From assembly GCF_004010195.1 (NCBI RefSeq), contig NC_057711.1, positions 135,658,782 to 135,722,781 on the forward strand: DNA of 64,000 nucleotides. Reading direction: 5' to 3'. The notes beneath the pieces are model-generated. The model was not told the origin of the DNA and ran no database searches. It was given only the letters and a program-made list of their open reading frames with translations. This DNA is from Chiloscyllium plagiosum. Its lineage: Eukaryota. The position numbers were made by a program, and so were the translations under genes. Each line of letters opens with the position of its first letter. The stretch's first letter is position 1. Of this stretch, positions 39,725 to 52,619 are shown in pieces.

Positions 39725-42289
39725 TCTTGGCATACTTTTGGGTGTCCTCAAAATGTGTGAATACTTAATTTAATGTATTGACTGACTCCACAACCTGTGC
39801 CTTGAGGGGAAAATAATTGAAAATTTTAAGTTTCAAGTAGTGTTGATGCTTTAAAATTTTTTTCCAGTGTTGAATCTAATTTCGGTTTGGGTGGATTTCA
39901 ATATGCAAATGTAAAACCTTTAGAGAAATTTAAAACTTTCAGCCAGAAAGATTACTACTTCAAGGCTGGCAGTTTTGCTATAATACTGGTAGAGTTATTT
40001 TTTTTTCAAACTTAATATTGAATGCATGAGTAAAATTGTACCTCTATTTTGAACATAAAAATGTTCAATGTGAGCAGATGTGCTCCTTCAAAAAAAAGAC
40101 ACTTCTACAGTGTGTAGCCATATTTTTACTCATATTTTTGAGGTCTGACTTTACTAGATCCCAAACCAGTTGGACATATCAGCTGTTGACATCAAGAAGC
40201 TTAGCTTCAGCTTATCTGATGGTTGGGATAGTTTGTCTCTCTGGGGCCATGTTTTGAGGCTTGTGGGGATTTTTTTTTTGTAGACTTACCACCTTGTGCA
40301 ATTAAGGTGCCTACCAAAAAACTACTTTCTTCAATGTGAATTGGCTTTAATGTGATAGAATTTAAGTCTGTTATTTATAGAACCCAAACTTGCCTGTATT
40401 GGCTATAAAGTTATTTTGGCCCCATTAGTTTAATTGGCACAGCTGTTGTGATTTTAGTGAGATCACATGAGAAGGGAGCTATTGCATTATATCAGAAACA
40501 CCTGCATGCTCGAAAGTTATTTAAAATACAAGACTTGAAATATTTCTTGATGCAGTAAGTTAACCATCTTTAAGGTTCTTGACTTGTCGCAACACAACTT
40601 AATTTCAGATTTTTCCAAATCTCCACCCTAATGGCACTTTGCTACCATTTTGATTTTACCTTTTAGTTATGTTTCAGCTGTGTTTCTTCCAGATAAGCTC
40701 AGGTCCCTCTCTATTGGCTGAAATAAACATTTTCCGGTTACACTATTTGCTTGTGCTTTGCTGAAAGTGCCCATTTTATTTTCAGTATGCTTTGTGCTAT
40801 TTGCTTATGTATTTGAAATGGAGTTTTTTCATGGGATTCAGAGGTAAATCGATCCAAACAAATCCTATAGTATACAGAGGCAAACTTGAGAATTTGACTT
40901 TCCAGTTAAGGGCTAAACCACTTTTGCTACTGTAGCAAATGATAAAAAGCACTATGTACTTAAAAGTGCAAGCTACCTACAGAAAGTAATTCCTTTAGTT
41001 GTCATGCACCATGCTACCCACTGCATTAGTCCTAAAAGCACGCCCTCCCCAACCCAGCAGCTTCCATAATCCTGTTCCATTGAGTGGTAACTCTGACCCT
41101 CATAATTCATTTATGTTGAGTCCTCCACTAGCAGTGATGTCTGTTCTGATTGTACTTAATGGCCATCGCCCAGAATAAATCCCCTGTAATCTGTAGAAAC
41201 TTACATGACACACCTCCTTTGCAACTGTCATCTTTTAACATCTGGCTTTGGTAGCTTCCAAAACTTAATGGCCTTTCTTCTGCTAACTGCTTTTTCTTCA
41301 TCTCAAAATGACATTCCTTTCCTTCATGGTGATGTGTAACACGTGCATCTTATACTTAAATTGGAATTCTAATTGGCCATCCTTGATGCTGAGTCTTCCA
41401 TTTCTCACCCCTCCCCTGGAGTGCAATCGGTCCACTTTTCTGCAGGTTCAGCTTGTTAACCTGTAAAATGAGTTTGATGCTTCAGTTCTGTGTAAATGCC
41501 ACCACCTAACTAAAACAATCCAAGTCTTTGTCTAATAATCACAGCATCCCAGGCTTAGTCAAACTGCAGAACAGATCACCTGACCTAACTTGAGCAGAAT
41601 TTAAAGTAAATCTCAGCATGCTAAAGTTGTTTACGATCAGTGTTCTGATTTGATGTACCTTCCTAATTGCCGGTATTCTGACCATTTTGCTTGGAACTAG
41701 AAACAGTTTGCTTGGATTAATAGAATATTAAATCTGATTTTATGATCAATTTCTGTTACTAGTGCTTGTTAAATTTTGCTGTACCATAAAATTACCTAGA
41801 AATTTCAGTATTAAGTCTTCCCTTTGTGTCATAAGTGTTATTTTTCATAACTCAATGTGCCTGTTCTTTCTGTTCTTCCATCTGTCACTGTCCCTTGTTT
41901 TGCATTTTAGGCAGCATTCAAGTACCATAGTGTTTCTAGCATTTGCTGTTGAGGTTCAGAGCTGTAGTTTTTTTTTATGGGACTCCTTGTCAAGAACATC
42001 CTGAACCATTCTCAAACTTGTTGGCAAGTTTGACACAGTAACTGTCCAGTTTCATGTGTACACAATGGAATTTTTCAGTAGCTTGGAATCACTCACTTTT
42101 TTTGTGTGGTGGTGTCCTTTGTATTTAGCTGCTATTTTCAGTTGTCAGGTGCCCCCTGTGGTATATAACTGATGTCCTACAGCCCTCTGATATGTTTGTT
42201 TCCACCTCAGTATTGCTGCGCTGTGTTCTTGCTTTCCCTGCCCATGTGTTGCTGATCTCCATTGCACTCTCATTTCTTTTCTCTCTCAC

Positions 42290-43430
42290 CTTTTAAACCT
42301 CTCCCCTCTAGTTTTGGACTCAACTACCCCAGGGAAAAGATAGGCTATCTGCTGTATGCATGCCCCTCATGATTTTATAAACATCTAAGGTCACCCCTCA
42401 GCCTCTAACTCTCCAGGAAAAAATATTTCCAGCCTATTTACTCCTGCGTAGCTCAAACTCTCCAAACCTAGCAACATAAGTCATTTCTGAACCCTTTCAA
42501 GTTCCACAACCCCTTCCTACAGTTGGGACACCAGAATTCACCAGATCTAATTGATTCAAATAACTTCCCTGCGCTAGGAAATATTGCCTTTCTTTCCCTT
42601 TTGTATCAAAATACTGGAGCTTCCTTCCTAACAGGCACCAATGTTAAATGCAGGAGTGGGATGGGCTTGCTGTATTTGTACAGGGCATTGGTAAGATCAC
42701 ACCTGGCATAGTGTGTGCAGTTTTGGCCTCATCAGAGGAAGGATAGAGCAATGGAGGCGGTGCAACAAAGATTTACCAGATTAGTTCTGGCATCACAGTA
42801 GTCAATGTATGAAGAGACTGAATTGATGAGTTTGAGAGTGCAGATTTTATTGATTGTGCTGTTTGTGGGGCAGGGAGAGGGTGGTATGAAATCTCCTTGG
42901 ATTTTGTTTCTAACAGGACTGCAAGGGCAAAATGGAGGAACGAAGATCTTGATGACAAAAGAATTCTGGATCGGATGTAGGTGGTCTAATTTAATAACTT
43001 TGTAGACATGTGAAAATCAGAGTTGTGGATAGTGAGGAAGCTTGTCAATATATAGGATATGGATCAGTTGAAAAGTTAGTCAGATGGCAGAATGTGTTTG
43101 ATCTGAGCAAGTGAGAGGTGATACAATTTAAAAAGTCAAATGCAAAACCAAATATGGCCGTATTTTTAGAGCATTGTACGGAGGGATCTTAAGGTGCAAG
43201 TCGATTTACTCAGTGGCACCACAAGTGGATAAGGTATTAAAAAAATCTTGTTTCCATCAGTCCGGGCATTCGGTATAAAAGTTGGCAAGTCATGCTGCAA
43301 CCATAAGTTTTACCATAAGTTTTTACATAATTAGGTCACATTTTGTGTATTGTGTGCAGTTCTGGTTGAGTTAGATCCTGTTGAAATGGTGGAGCAGGCT
43401 CACAGGGCTGAATGGCCTACTCCTATTCTA
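42290..43430. mobile_element. Mosaic of CR1 fragments (- at 42290-42545, + at 42640-43430)
   Basis: Matches ~12360-12650; LYRALVRSHL motif; tail gggctgaatggcctactcct. Confidence 0.7.
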
Positions 43431-44977
43431 TTTCTGGGTGGCATGGTGGCTCAGTGGTTTGAACTGCTGCCTCAGCACCACCTTGGAGTTGAGCTGGCTG
43501 AACTAATGCCACCTGCATCTCAGGAATTTAAAATACAGGAACTTTGTGCAGTAAAAATTTTACTATTTTTGCATTCTGCATGCCAAATGAAGCTCAGACC
43601 ATCCCATTTCAATACTGATTTGGAAACCAAGGTTTAGAGTTTAAAATCCTGGATCACTTTACTTCTGCCACATGGCTATCTGCATCGAGCTAGAGTTCTA
43701 TTTTCTAAGCATGTATGACTGTGGCACTTCGTGCAATTCAGGAATAAATTTAATTTGTTTTGTTACCACTAAGGTTAGGGTTTAATTGCAGGAGTGATAT
43801 TAGTTTGCATTGATTTAAGAACTTATTGAAGTCATTGCTGTGTAACTTGAACTTGTGTTCAGTAATCTGTAATGTTAAAACTGCATAATTCTTCAATGCT
43901 TTCAAAGCTTAGATGTAATATTTTGGTATGATGTAAGATGAATGTTCACTCCTGAACTGGGAGACCCAGTTCAAGTTTCATCACTGAACAAAATGAGTAG
44001 AATAATAAGTCAAAATTGTGGTGGTAACGGGCTAAAATGAAAGACTGCAAGCTTTGTTTAGAATTTGCCCAGGAGCTATTTTGCAAAAAAAACTATACAC
44101 TATCCCTCCTTGGGATTGGAGGGAAAATGGAATGTGTGTTAGATGGACAAGTTCAATATATTAATTGTGGTTATGCAAGGCCAGTGGTCATGTCCTTTTT
44201 CTCTAGTTTCTCTGCAGGTAGTGATATTGAGTTTGATTATATTGCCCACTCTAAGCCATCAAGCCAAGGGATTAATCTGGTTCAATGAAGAGTGCAGAAG
44301 GGTATATGCCAGAAACAGGCATAGCTTAAAAATAAGTAGTCGTGTTGAAGCTGGAATAAAGAACTACTTTAATGCCAAATCACATTGGCAGTGGGTGATG
44401 CAGCAATTCCAGAACCAACAGACTGGGTCCAAGCTCTTGCTGTCTTGATGCATCCAGTCAGGAAAGGCAATGAACAATTGAACAATTGTCTGGAGGAATG
44501 CATTCTGAATATCCCAATCAGTCCAAGTATCACCAAATTAACTGCAGTGGTTCAAAGTGGCACCTCGCCACCTTTTTTTCAAGGTCAATAATTGTTAGCC
44601 CAGCAAGCATAGTCAACATGCCATGACTCCGATCTGCCCAGATCTTTTTAAAATTGTCATCTTGCTGTAGGTGAGAAATGGCGCACACGCCAGCCTAGGG
44701 AAGGAGCAGCAGTTGTGCTTCTATAAATATCAATTTTACAGTTTAACCTGTTCAATTTTTATTGCAGTTCATCTTGAAATCTACTTAACCATATTTATTT
44801 CCATAATTTGAGGAATCAAGTTGTCAAACTGTTCAAAGTATTTAATTACTGTACTGAATTTGTATAGTGGTGACTGTCTGCTATACTTCTATAAAATGGC
44901 ATTAGTTTGAGATGATAGAAAAATGTGCAGTGATTTGACAGTCCACTTTCTATCATGTTAATAATGTGTACAAGTGA

Positions 44978-45196
<219 letters not shown>

Positions 45197-46369
45197 TGAG
45201 GTTGTCATAGTGCCTCTTTGGTATATCTGTTATAAAGTTGTGGCTGAAGCCCATTGCTAATGACTGTAAAGCATATTCAGTTCAGAAGCTAGGAACCAAG
45301 TGGAGCAGCCTCAAATGTTTCAGCTGAAGGGCTGACTACTGTTCTGCATCTGACGAGTGCAGATCTGCTACAATGAGACACAGATTGGATCCTGTTTTTG
45401 ACCATTTAAAATGTAGTTCAGTCTTAAGAACTGCAAGTTATCTGAAAGGGATTTACTTTTATAGCTTTGTCTAATTAAGTTATTTGGATATCATAGCTGT
45501 TTGACTTCCAGGATATCCTAGTTGAATGTCTGTCTGGCTTGCAATGTAAAGGGATGCCAACAGTGTGTTCAGTTCCTGCATTGGTTGAGGTTCTGAGGTT
45601 ACCACTCCCCCTCAACTCCTCTCCTCACCTAAGTATGGTGTACCTCCAGTTAAGACGCCATTAGCTCAGGGCCCCTTCCTCTCTTTCCTGCTCTTCCCCC
45701 CCCCCCCCCCCAAAAAAAAAGACTTTCGAGAGAAGCCGGCTGTTCCAGTTGGACTGTGGTGACTTCATCTCACTACACAAAACAGCTTTCCCCATGTATT
45801 TTGCACTGAAGATACTGCATCCTTTTTGTTGTTTTAAAAGGGACTTTTTTTTTTGGTGCTTCAGTATGTATCAGGGTCGTCTACAAGGTTTACTTAACTG
45901 TTTGTCCAGGTTACATTAGTAAACCAAGAACATCCAGATTCTTGGGATGTACAACACTTCATATTTTAACCTCAATTGTTAAATTACATTTAGTGTTTAT
46001 ATGTTGACCCAATTTGATTTTTGATCTTGTACAGCTTTGCTTTTGTGCTGCAGTGATTCAGTTGACATTGGCCAAGAGCTTGGTGCTATATGGTTTGTCA
46101 GTGAGCACTATGTAACAATGGTCTCTTGGGAACTCACTTTCATATTTTTAGAAAAAAATTAGATGCAAAATGATAGCTATGGTTGAGAATTTATTACTCT
46201 AGATGCTTGATGCTGTCTCAAAATATTCCTGCATACATAAACTGTGGAAACAACTTAGTATGAAACATGGTTAAAATGCTGAAATACATTTCTATAAATC
46301 GTTTTATTTGCTCCCATGTATTGAAGTAATTTCATGGGACTAAGCCAAGGTAGTTGAATAAGCAGACAA

Positions 46370-47070
46370 AGGAAAAATACATTTTTATCAACTGGGTTTT
46401 TTTAACAGGAGATAACAAGCCAACTATTAAAGATCCCAAGGCATGTTGCAAAAGAACTAAAGCAAAGTTATGATCTGAAAGTTGGCCAGAGATGGATTTT
46501 AAGTGGGAAATTTGGTAGGAAATTCAGGAGTGTGACCTCTGCAGTCGAAGGCATAGCTACTAGTGGGCGAAAGGAGGAGCTGGTCAAGTTTGGACTGGTC
46601 GATATGGAAAGTGGGAAGAGCTGTTGAGAATTAAAATGCAAATTTGATAATGGCTTGCATGCAATTGCAGGTCAGAAGTGTGGGCATTTTGTGTAGGACT
46701 TGTGTTTACTGTGTGCAGATAGTGTAGTTTGGTAGCAGGTAACCTTTTCGCTGAAGGGTGATTAAAGACTCTTAGAATCAAGATGAGAAAGGTTTAACTT
46801 TATTTTTTTGAGGCATGCTTTGATATGGAGCTTGAAGTAGAAAGTTTTTCTGATGAAGATATTGGGCTAGAAGTTCAGCTCTGAATGCTGAGGTTAAAAG
46901 TCAAGTTCATCCAGAGCTGTTGAGAGGTGAGAATGTAAGGCAAGAGGAATGGAGTTGGTTTTGAATGACGTTCAGCTAGGGGCTAGAAATGATTAGCTTT
47001 AAACTTTGTACTGTTTTTAGATTGAGGAAATTTCAGCTCCTCCCAAGCCAGATATCATCAGACAAGCAGT
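46370..47070 (-). mobile_element. Old L2-like LINE fragment
   Basis: Weak resemblance to L2 3' regions (atcccaaggc..., ggaaattcaggagtgtg...gaaggca). Confidence 0.35.
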
Positions 47071-48172
47071 TTGGCACAAATTACAGGTCAGAAATTGCAT
47101 TTACTTGATCGCTTAAGCTAAAAATCCCAATGGTTCAGCCGATCCTTTTTTGGAAAAGGCCAAAGTGGAAACAATGCACAACATATCATTCAAAAGAAGT
47201 CAGAACTGTGCAATAATTTTAATCAGAGGCTTGCATAGCATGTTGTCCACACAATGCAAAGTTAATCTTATTGGAGTTGTATTCTTTTCTCATCAGTATC
47301 CCAATTTTGGAGGTACACTAAAAAAAACACACCTTTTTAAAAGATCAATCCTTCTGTCCTGTTGTTTGGCACCAGATTAATTAGAAATCATTGGACAAAT
47401 GTTATATTTGAATCAATCCCAACCATACTTTTTCTTCCTGTTGAAATGAATGTTCGTGGTTCAATCCAGTAAATCCAGTCAAGTTCCAGTATAAGACAGG
47501 ATGGGCAAAACTTTGCATATGGGATGCTTGTTTTTTGCGTGAATGAAGGACCTGTATCTTATCAAAAGCAACCATGATTTAGCCAGTTTTCCTTCCTTTA
47601 CATGCAGGTTTTTTAATGTAATCTGATTTCGGATTCCTTCTAAAAAATCACTTCAGTATGCACAAAATATTATGCTGAGGATTCATGTTCTGTCAAATAT
47701 CAAGTACGCAAACAATCCTAAAGATAATCCTGTTCACCAAGACATCCACAGATGGGTCAATTTCAGAATTTCAATCTACACTGCAAACCCTGTCTTGTTG
47801 TACTTGGTACTGCAAAAGCTTTACCTTTCTGACTCTATTCCAGGCTTTTAAAGTGTTTCAGAATGATTGAAAATGTGTTGCTGGAAAAGCGCAGCAGGTC
47901 AGGCAGCATCCAGGGAACAGGAGAATCGACGTTTCGGGCATAAGCCCTTCAAGAATGAGGAAAGTTTGTCCAGCAGGCTAAGATAAAAGGTAGGGAGGAG
48001 GGACTTGGGGGAGAGGCGTCGGAAATGTGATAGGTGGAAAGAGGTCAAGGTGAGGGTGATAGGTCAGACTGGGGGGGGGGCGGAGAGGTCAAGAAGATTG
48101 CAGGTTAGGAAGGCGGTGCTGAATTCGATGGATTTGACTGAGACAAGGTGGGAGGGGAAATGAGGAAACTGG

Positions 48173-48572
48173 TGTATCGGCGCCACCTCGTGCTCCCACG
48201 AGGAGGTTGAACAGTTCATCCACTTCACCAACACCTTCCACCCCGACCTCAAATTCACCTGGACAGTCTCAGATTCCTCCCTCCCCTTCCTCGACCTTTC
48301 TATTTCTATCTCAGACGACCTAATCAACACTGACATCTACTACAAACCGACCGACTCCCACAGCTACCTGGACTACACCACCTCCCACCCTGCCCCCTGT
48401 AAAAACGCCATCCCATTCTCCCAAATCCTTCGACTCCGCCGCATCTGCTCCCAGGAGGACCAGTTCAAAATACGTACAACACAGATGGCCTCCTTCTTCA
48501 AGGACCGCAATTTCCCCCCGGACGTGGTCGACGGTGCCCTCCACCGCATCTCCTCCACTTCCCGCTCCCCCG
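48173..48572 (+). pseudogene. Uninterrupted fragment of PLE reverse transcriptase (C-terminal RT plus thumb)
   Basis: CIGATSCSHEEVEQFIHFTNTFHPDLKFTWTVSDSSLPFLDLSISISDDLINTDIYYKPTDSHSYLDYTTSHPAPCKNAIPFSQILRLRRICSQEDQF...; FLD, YKPT, HP and SQ.LRLRRICS are PLE motifs. Confidence 0.88.
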
Positions 48573-49119
48573 NNNNNNNNNNNNNNNNNNNNNNNNNNNN
48601 NNNNNNNNNNNNNNNNNNNNNNNNNNNNNNNNNNNNNNNNNNNNNNNNNNNNNNNNNNNNNNNNNNNNNNNNNNNNNNNNNNNNNNNNNNNNNNNNNNNN
48701 NNNNNNNNNNNNNNNNNNNNNNNNNNNNNNNNNNNNNNNNNNNNNNNNNNNNNNNNNNNNNNNNNNNNNNNNNNNNNNNNNNNNNNNNNNNNNNNNNNNN
48801 NNNNNNNNNNNNNNNNNNNNNNNNNNNNNNNNNNNNNNNNNNNNNNNNNNNNNNNNNNNNNNNNNNNNNNNNNNNNNNNNNNNNNNNNNNNNNNNNNNNN
48901 NNNNNNNNNNNNNNNNNNNNNNNNNNNNNNNNNNNNNNNNNNNNNNNNNNNNNNNNNNNNNNNNNNNNNNNNNNNNNNNNNNNNNNNNNNNNNNNNNNNN
49001 NNNNNNNNNNNNNNNNNNNNNNNNNNNNNNNNNNNNNNNNNNNNNNNNNNNNNNNNNNNNNNNNNNNNNNNNNNNNNNNNNNNNNNNNNNNNNNNNNNNN
49101 NNNNNNNNNNNNNNNNNNN
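48573..49119. other. Assembly gap (547 N)
   Basis: Run of n. Confidence 1.
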
Positions 49120-49256
49120 TCCCGACCTCTCCGCCCCCACCCCCGTCTGACCTATCACCCTCACCTTGACCTCTTTCCACCTATCACATTTCCGACGCCC
49201 CTCCCCCAAGTCCCTCCTCCCTACCTTTTATCTTAGCCTGCGGGACAAACTTTCCT

Positions 49257-49296
49257 CATTCCTGAAGAAGGGCTTATGCCCGAAACGTCGATTCTC
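49257..49296 (+). ncRNA. Minimal type-I hammerhead ribozyme motif in the PLE pLTR
   Basis: CUGAAGA (49262-68), A, stem II GGGC-UUAU-GCCC, GAAA (49282-85), palindromic ACGU stem III, GUC (49287-89); stem I is weak. Confidence 0.65.
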
Positions 49297-49489
49297 CTGT
49301 TCCCTGGATGCTGCCTGATCTGCGCTTTTCCAGCAACACATTTTCAGCTCTGATCTCCAGCATCTGCAGACCTCACTTTCTCCTTCAGAATGGTTGCGCA
49401 ATTCTTCTAGGGTTTCCTTTGGCAAATTCTGTGGTGATTAGAAGCACAACTCTTGAATACATGAAAAAGACATGGCACAAGCAAGCAAT

Positions 49490-49792
49490 GGCTCACTGGT
49501 TTTATCGCTGGACTATTTACCCAGAGATCCCAGTATTTTGGGATGCTGATTTCAAAGCCTGCCATGAGAGATGGTAGAATTTGAATTCAAAAATCTGGAT
49601 TTAAGAACCTAATGATTGTGGAACATTCTTTATTGTAGGAAAATCTCATCTAGTTCACTACTTGAACTTGTCCTTACCTGTCTAGCCTGCATCTAACTCC
49701 AGACCCACAGCAATGTGGTTAATTCTTACCTGCCCTCTGGGAAATTAGGGATGGGCAATAAATGCTGCTCTAATAGCGATGCCCACATCCAG
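49490..49792 (+). mobile_element. Second SINE family (possibly SacSINE1/DeuSINE-like) with LINE-derived tail
   Basis: gaatttgaattcaaaaatctgg...gggcaataaatgctg...gatgcccacatcc; similar copy at ~61560-61855. Confidence 0.5.
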
Positions 49793-49793
49793 T

Positions 49794-50096
49794 GGGGCAG
49801 TACTGTGGCTCAGTGGTCAGCACTGCTGCATCATGGCACCAGGGACCTGGGTTCAATTCTCACCTTGAGGGACTGTCTGTGTGGAGTTCCTGTGTCTGCA
49901 TGGGTTTCTGCCAGGTGCTCCAGTTTCCTCCCATGATCCAAAGATGTGCAGGATAAGTGGATTGGCCATGCTAAATTGCTCAGTGTTCGGTGCATTAGTA
50001 ATGGGTAAATGTAGGGGAATGGGTTACTCTGAGCGTCGGTGTGGACTTGTTGGGCCAAATGGCCTGTTTCCTCATGATCGGGAATCTAATCTGATC
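49794..50096 (+). mobile_element. HE1/V-SINE-like SINE nested in the tail of the preceding SINE
   Basis: gtggctcagtggtcagcactgctgc head; aatctaatctgatc tail; host tail resumes as aatgaatgaatg. Confidence 0.88.
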
Positions 50097-50930
50097 AATG
50101 AATGAATGCTTGTAAGACTTTATCACAACCAATGATCAATCTTAAAAACAAATTCCAGTGCAGCTATGTATGTTGGCTCTCTAAAATTTCTGTACCACAT
50201 TATTTACACTAAAGGGTCTGGTTGTTACATAGATCTCAACCTAATATAATTGCTGAAGCAACTAAACATCAATTTAAAAATTCCTGACTACCTAACAGTA
50301 CATGAAAATGACCTGAAAACTGCTGTTTGCATCATTTCATAAGTACTGCTTCTAGCTCTCAAATGGGGCATTTAATTCAGTCCACAAACTTTGCTTCCCA
50401 TCTACCTGTTTGGTCAACATGTTCAATGTTTTACCCTTTGCAATTGCAGTGTTAGCATTCTGTTCAGTTTATTGGCTTTTCTTTTGTGGTCTCTTGCCTC
50501 CGGTGAGGGGATGCTTTTTTAAATTTGCCGATTGTTTTTTTTAACATTGTCTAGTCAATGGTACGAACAGTGTAGGTCTACTAATCTACTTTTTTGAACA
50601 TCAGGATGTACCTTGTAGTGAATTCCATTGTATCTGTGTTTATCAATAGGGGAAGAAATTTGACAGACATTGTAGGTGAAGACTGCTAGCCAGTGACAGC
50701 ACTCTTACTCGATTTGCAGGTCATTGACCACTGGATGGTGCAAGTATGAAATCCATGTGTTGTGGTATTTCCCCTACCCCTCGTGCCCCAACAAGATGTC
50801 CATCATTCTAACCTCTATAGCAGCTCTTCTGCAGGCCACATTGACTTGATCGTTTTATGGGGCGTTTTGGAAACTACCTGATGGGAAAGAGCTTCAATAA
50901 GACCACCAACCCTTGCAATATGCTGTTGAG

Positions 50931-51135
50931 GTGAGGTGCTGGAAAAGCACAGCCGGTAGACAGCATCCGAGCAGCAGGAGAATCGACGTTTTGAGTATAA
51001 GCTCTTCATTAGGAATTCTCCTGATGAGCTTATGCTCGAAACATCGATTCTCTTGCTCCTCTGCTGCCTGACTGGCTGTGCTTTTCTAGCACCCCATACT
51101 CCACTCTGATCTCCAGCACCTGCAGTCCTCACTTT
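50931..51135. mobile_element. Head-to-head Penelope pLTR pair (palindromic) with decayed hammerhead cores
   Basis: Arms invert around ggaattctc (~51012-20); TSD-like cttgcaatatgctg (50912-25) / cttgcagtatgctg (51136-49). Confidence 0.8.
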
Positions 51136-51809
51136 CTTGCAGTATGCTGCCGAGTGTCCAATTGTATAGTTCTCATCTTTTTTGGAATAATGCGCTCATG
51201 CGTGATTCCACCTCCGTTTTGGCCTCGCCTTTTCCAACGTTTTGCTGTACCATGGAGGTTTTCTTGCTCTGTTCTGCTTCTCCTTGTTTCGTGCTAGGAA
51301 AAAATAATCCATCACTAATGGATACCTGTTGCAAAACTGGTACATGATTGAGTAAACTTGCCCTCTTACCCAATTATGTTGTAGATTTTATGACTGGGAG
51401 TTTTGTGTATTAAATTATTCTCTCAATTAAAGTCTACTACTTTTTTGTACATAGTGTTTGTCATTCAGGCTCATATGCACTAGGTTTGTTCTCACTGTCC
51501 TTTTTTTTTCCCCCCCAGTATTTGTCTTTCCAACAATACAGATGCATCTTGTCTTGATCAGCTTGTCCCACTTACATGCCCTGTGCCCCTGGTTGTCTAG
51601 TTCCTTTAGAACAAAAAGTAACATGTAGGTCTTGCAGCTTCTTGAATCTGCTTGATCCTTCCGAACAATCCCCCTTGGTCACCTGCCTTTCTTGACTTGG
51701 TACCCCCTATTGTTTCCATACTGTCCAAAATGTCAGTATGTTGTAATGAGATTACACACGTTTGAGGCGAATAGGCATCATGTTCTTGATAGTTAAAAAG
51801 GAAATTTTC

Positions 51810-52100
51810 ATCGTGTGGAATCGGGCCCTTCGGTCCAACAAGTCCACACCGACCCTCCGAAGAGTAACCCTCCCAGACCCATTTCCCTCTGACTAATGCA
51901 CCTACCGCCATGGACAGTTTAGCACAGCCAATTCACCTAACCTGCACATCTTTGGATTGTGGGAGGAAACCGGAGCACCTGGAGGAAACCCACGCAGACA
52001 CTGGGAGAATGTGCAAACTCCACACAGTCGCCAGAGGCTGGAATTGAACCTGGGACCCTGGTGCTGTGAGGCAGCAGTGCTAACCACTGAGCCACCGTGC
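51810..52100 (-). mobile_element. HE1/V-SINE-like SINE
   Basis: Matches the 16183-16486 copy. Confidence 0.9.
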
Positions 52101-52619
52101 TTTTGTGCAACATGGTTGCAGCATGCTAGTTGATTTCTAACTTTTTTCCTTTCCCATTATACTCTATCTGGAACCATGCTCAAAATTTACTTAAATGCTT
52201 TATAACTTCAGTAGTTTTGATTTTGTATTTTTGCAAACATGGTTATATTTAATGATCTTGTAAATCATTTAATACATTTGTAGATAGACTGCAGTGCCAA
52301 TCTTTTTGTGGTTTCTAATTGTTATTCCTCTGTTCTGTCCACTAACCAAACCTAATTACCCTCGGTCCCATGAGCCCTGTTCTTGTGACCTTTTATCTAA
52401 TGCCTTTTAAAACTTATTCACTCTGGTTACACAATTTTGACACTTTCTATTTGATGAACCATATTGACCTTTTGAATTTGTCATGTTACTATGTCCTAAA
52501 GAGAGTTTCTCTACAATATAGGCAACCTAGCCCATTTGTAGTTTCATGTTTTCTCTACCCCCCCCCCCCACAGTTCAAGAAACAGAACATATTCTGACTT
52601 CTATCTGTAGGAGCCAATA

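Larger units (their letters stand above)
47870..49383 (+). mobile_element. Penelope-like retroelement (probably Neptune-type), 5'-truncated, with inverted pseudo-LTR
   Basis: 47870-48090 is the reverse complement of ~49120-49347; internal RT/thumb frame; TSD ttcagaatgattg (47857-69) / ttcagaatggttg (49384-96); CpGs retained. Confidence 0.9.

Noticed and set aside
45340-45390. CTGACGAG hammerhead-like half core just downstream of the RRM1 exon
   Set aside because: No properly spaced GAAA or stem II closure
47922-47960. Minus-strand hammerhead in the left pLTR
   Set aside because: CUGAAGA core is damaged (reads CUUGAAG) and is antisense to the gene
48320-49209. Long ORFs of 211-286 aa
   Set aside because: Length comes from the N gap; only the + frame 48173-48572 is a real RT fragment
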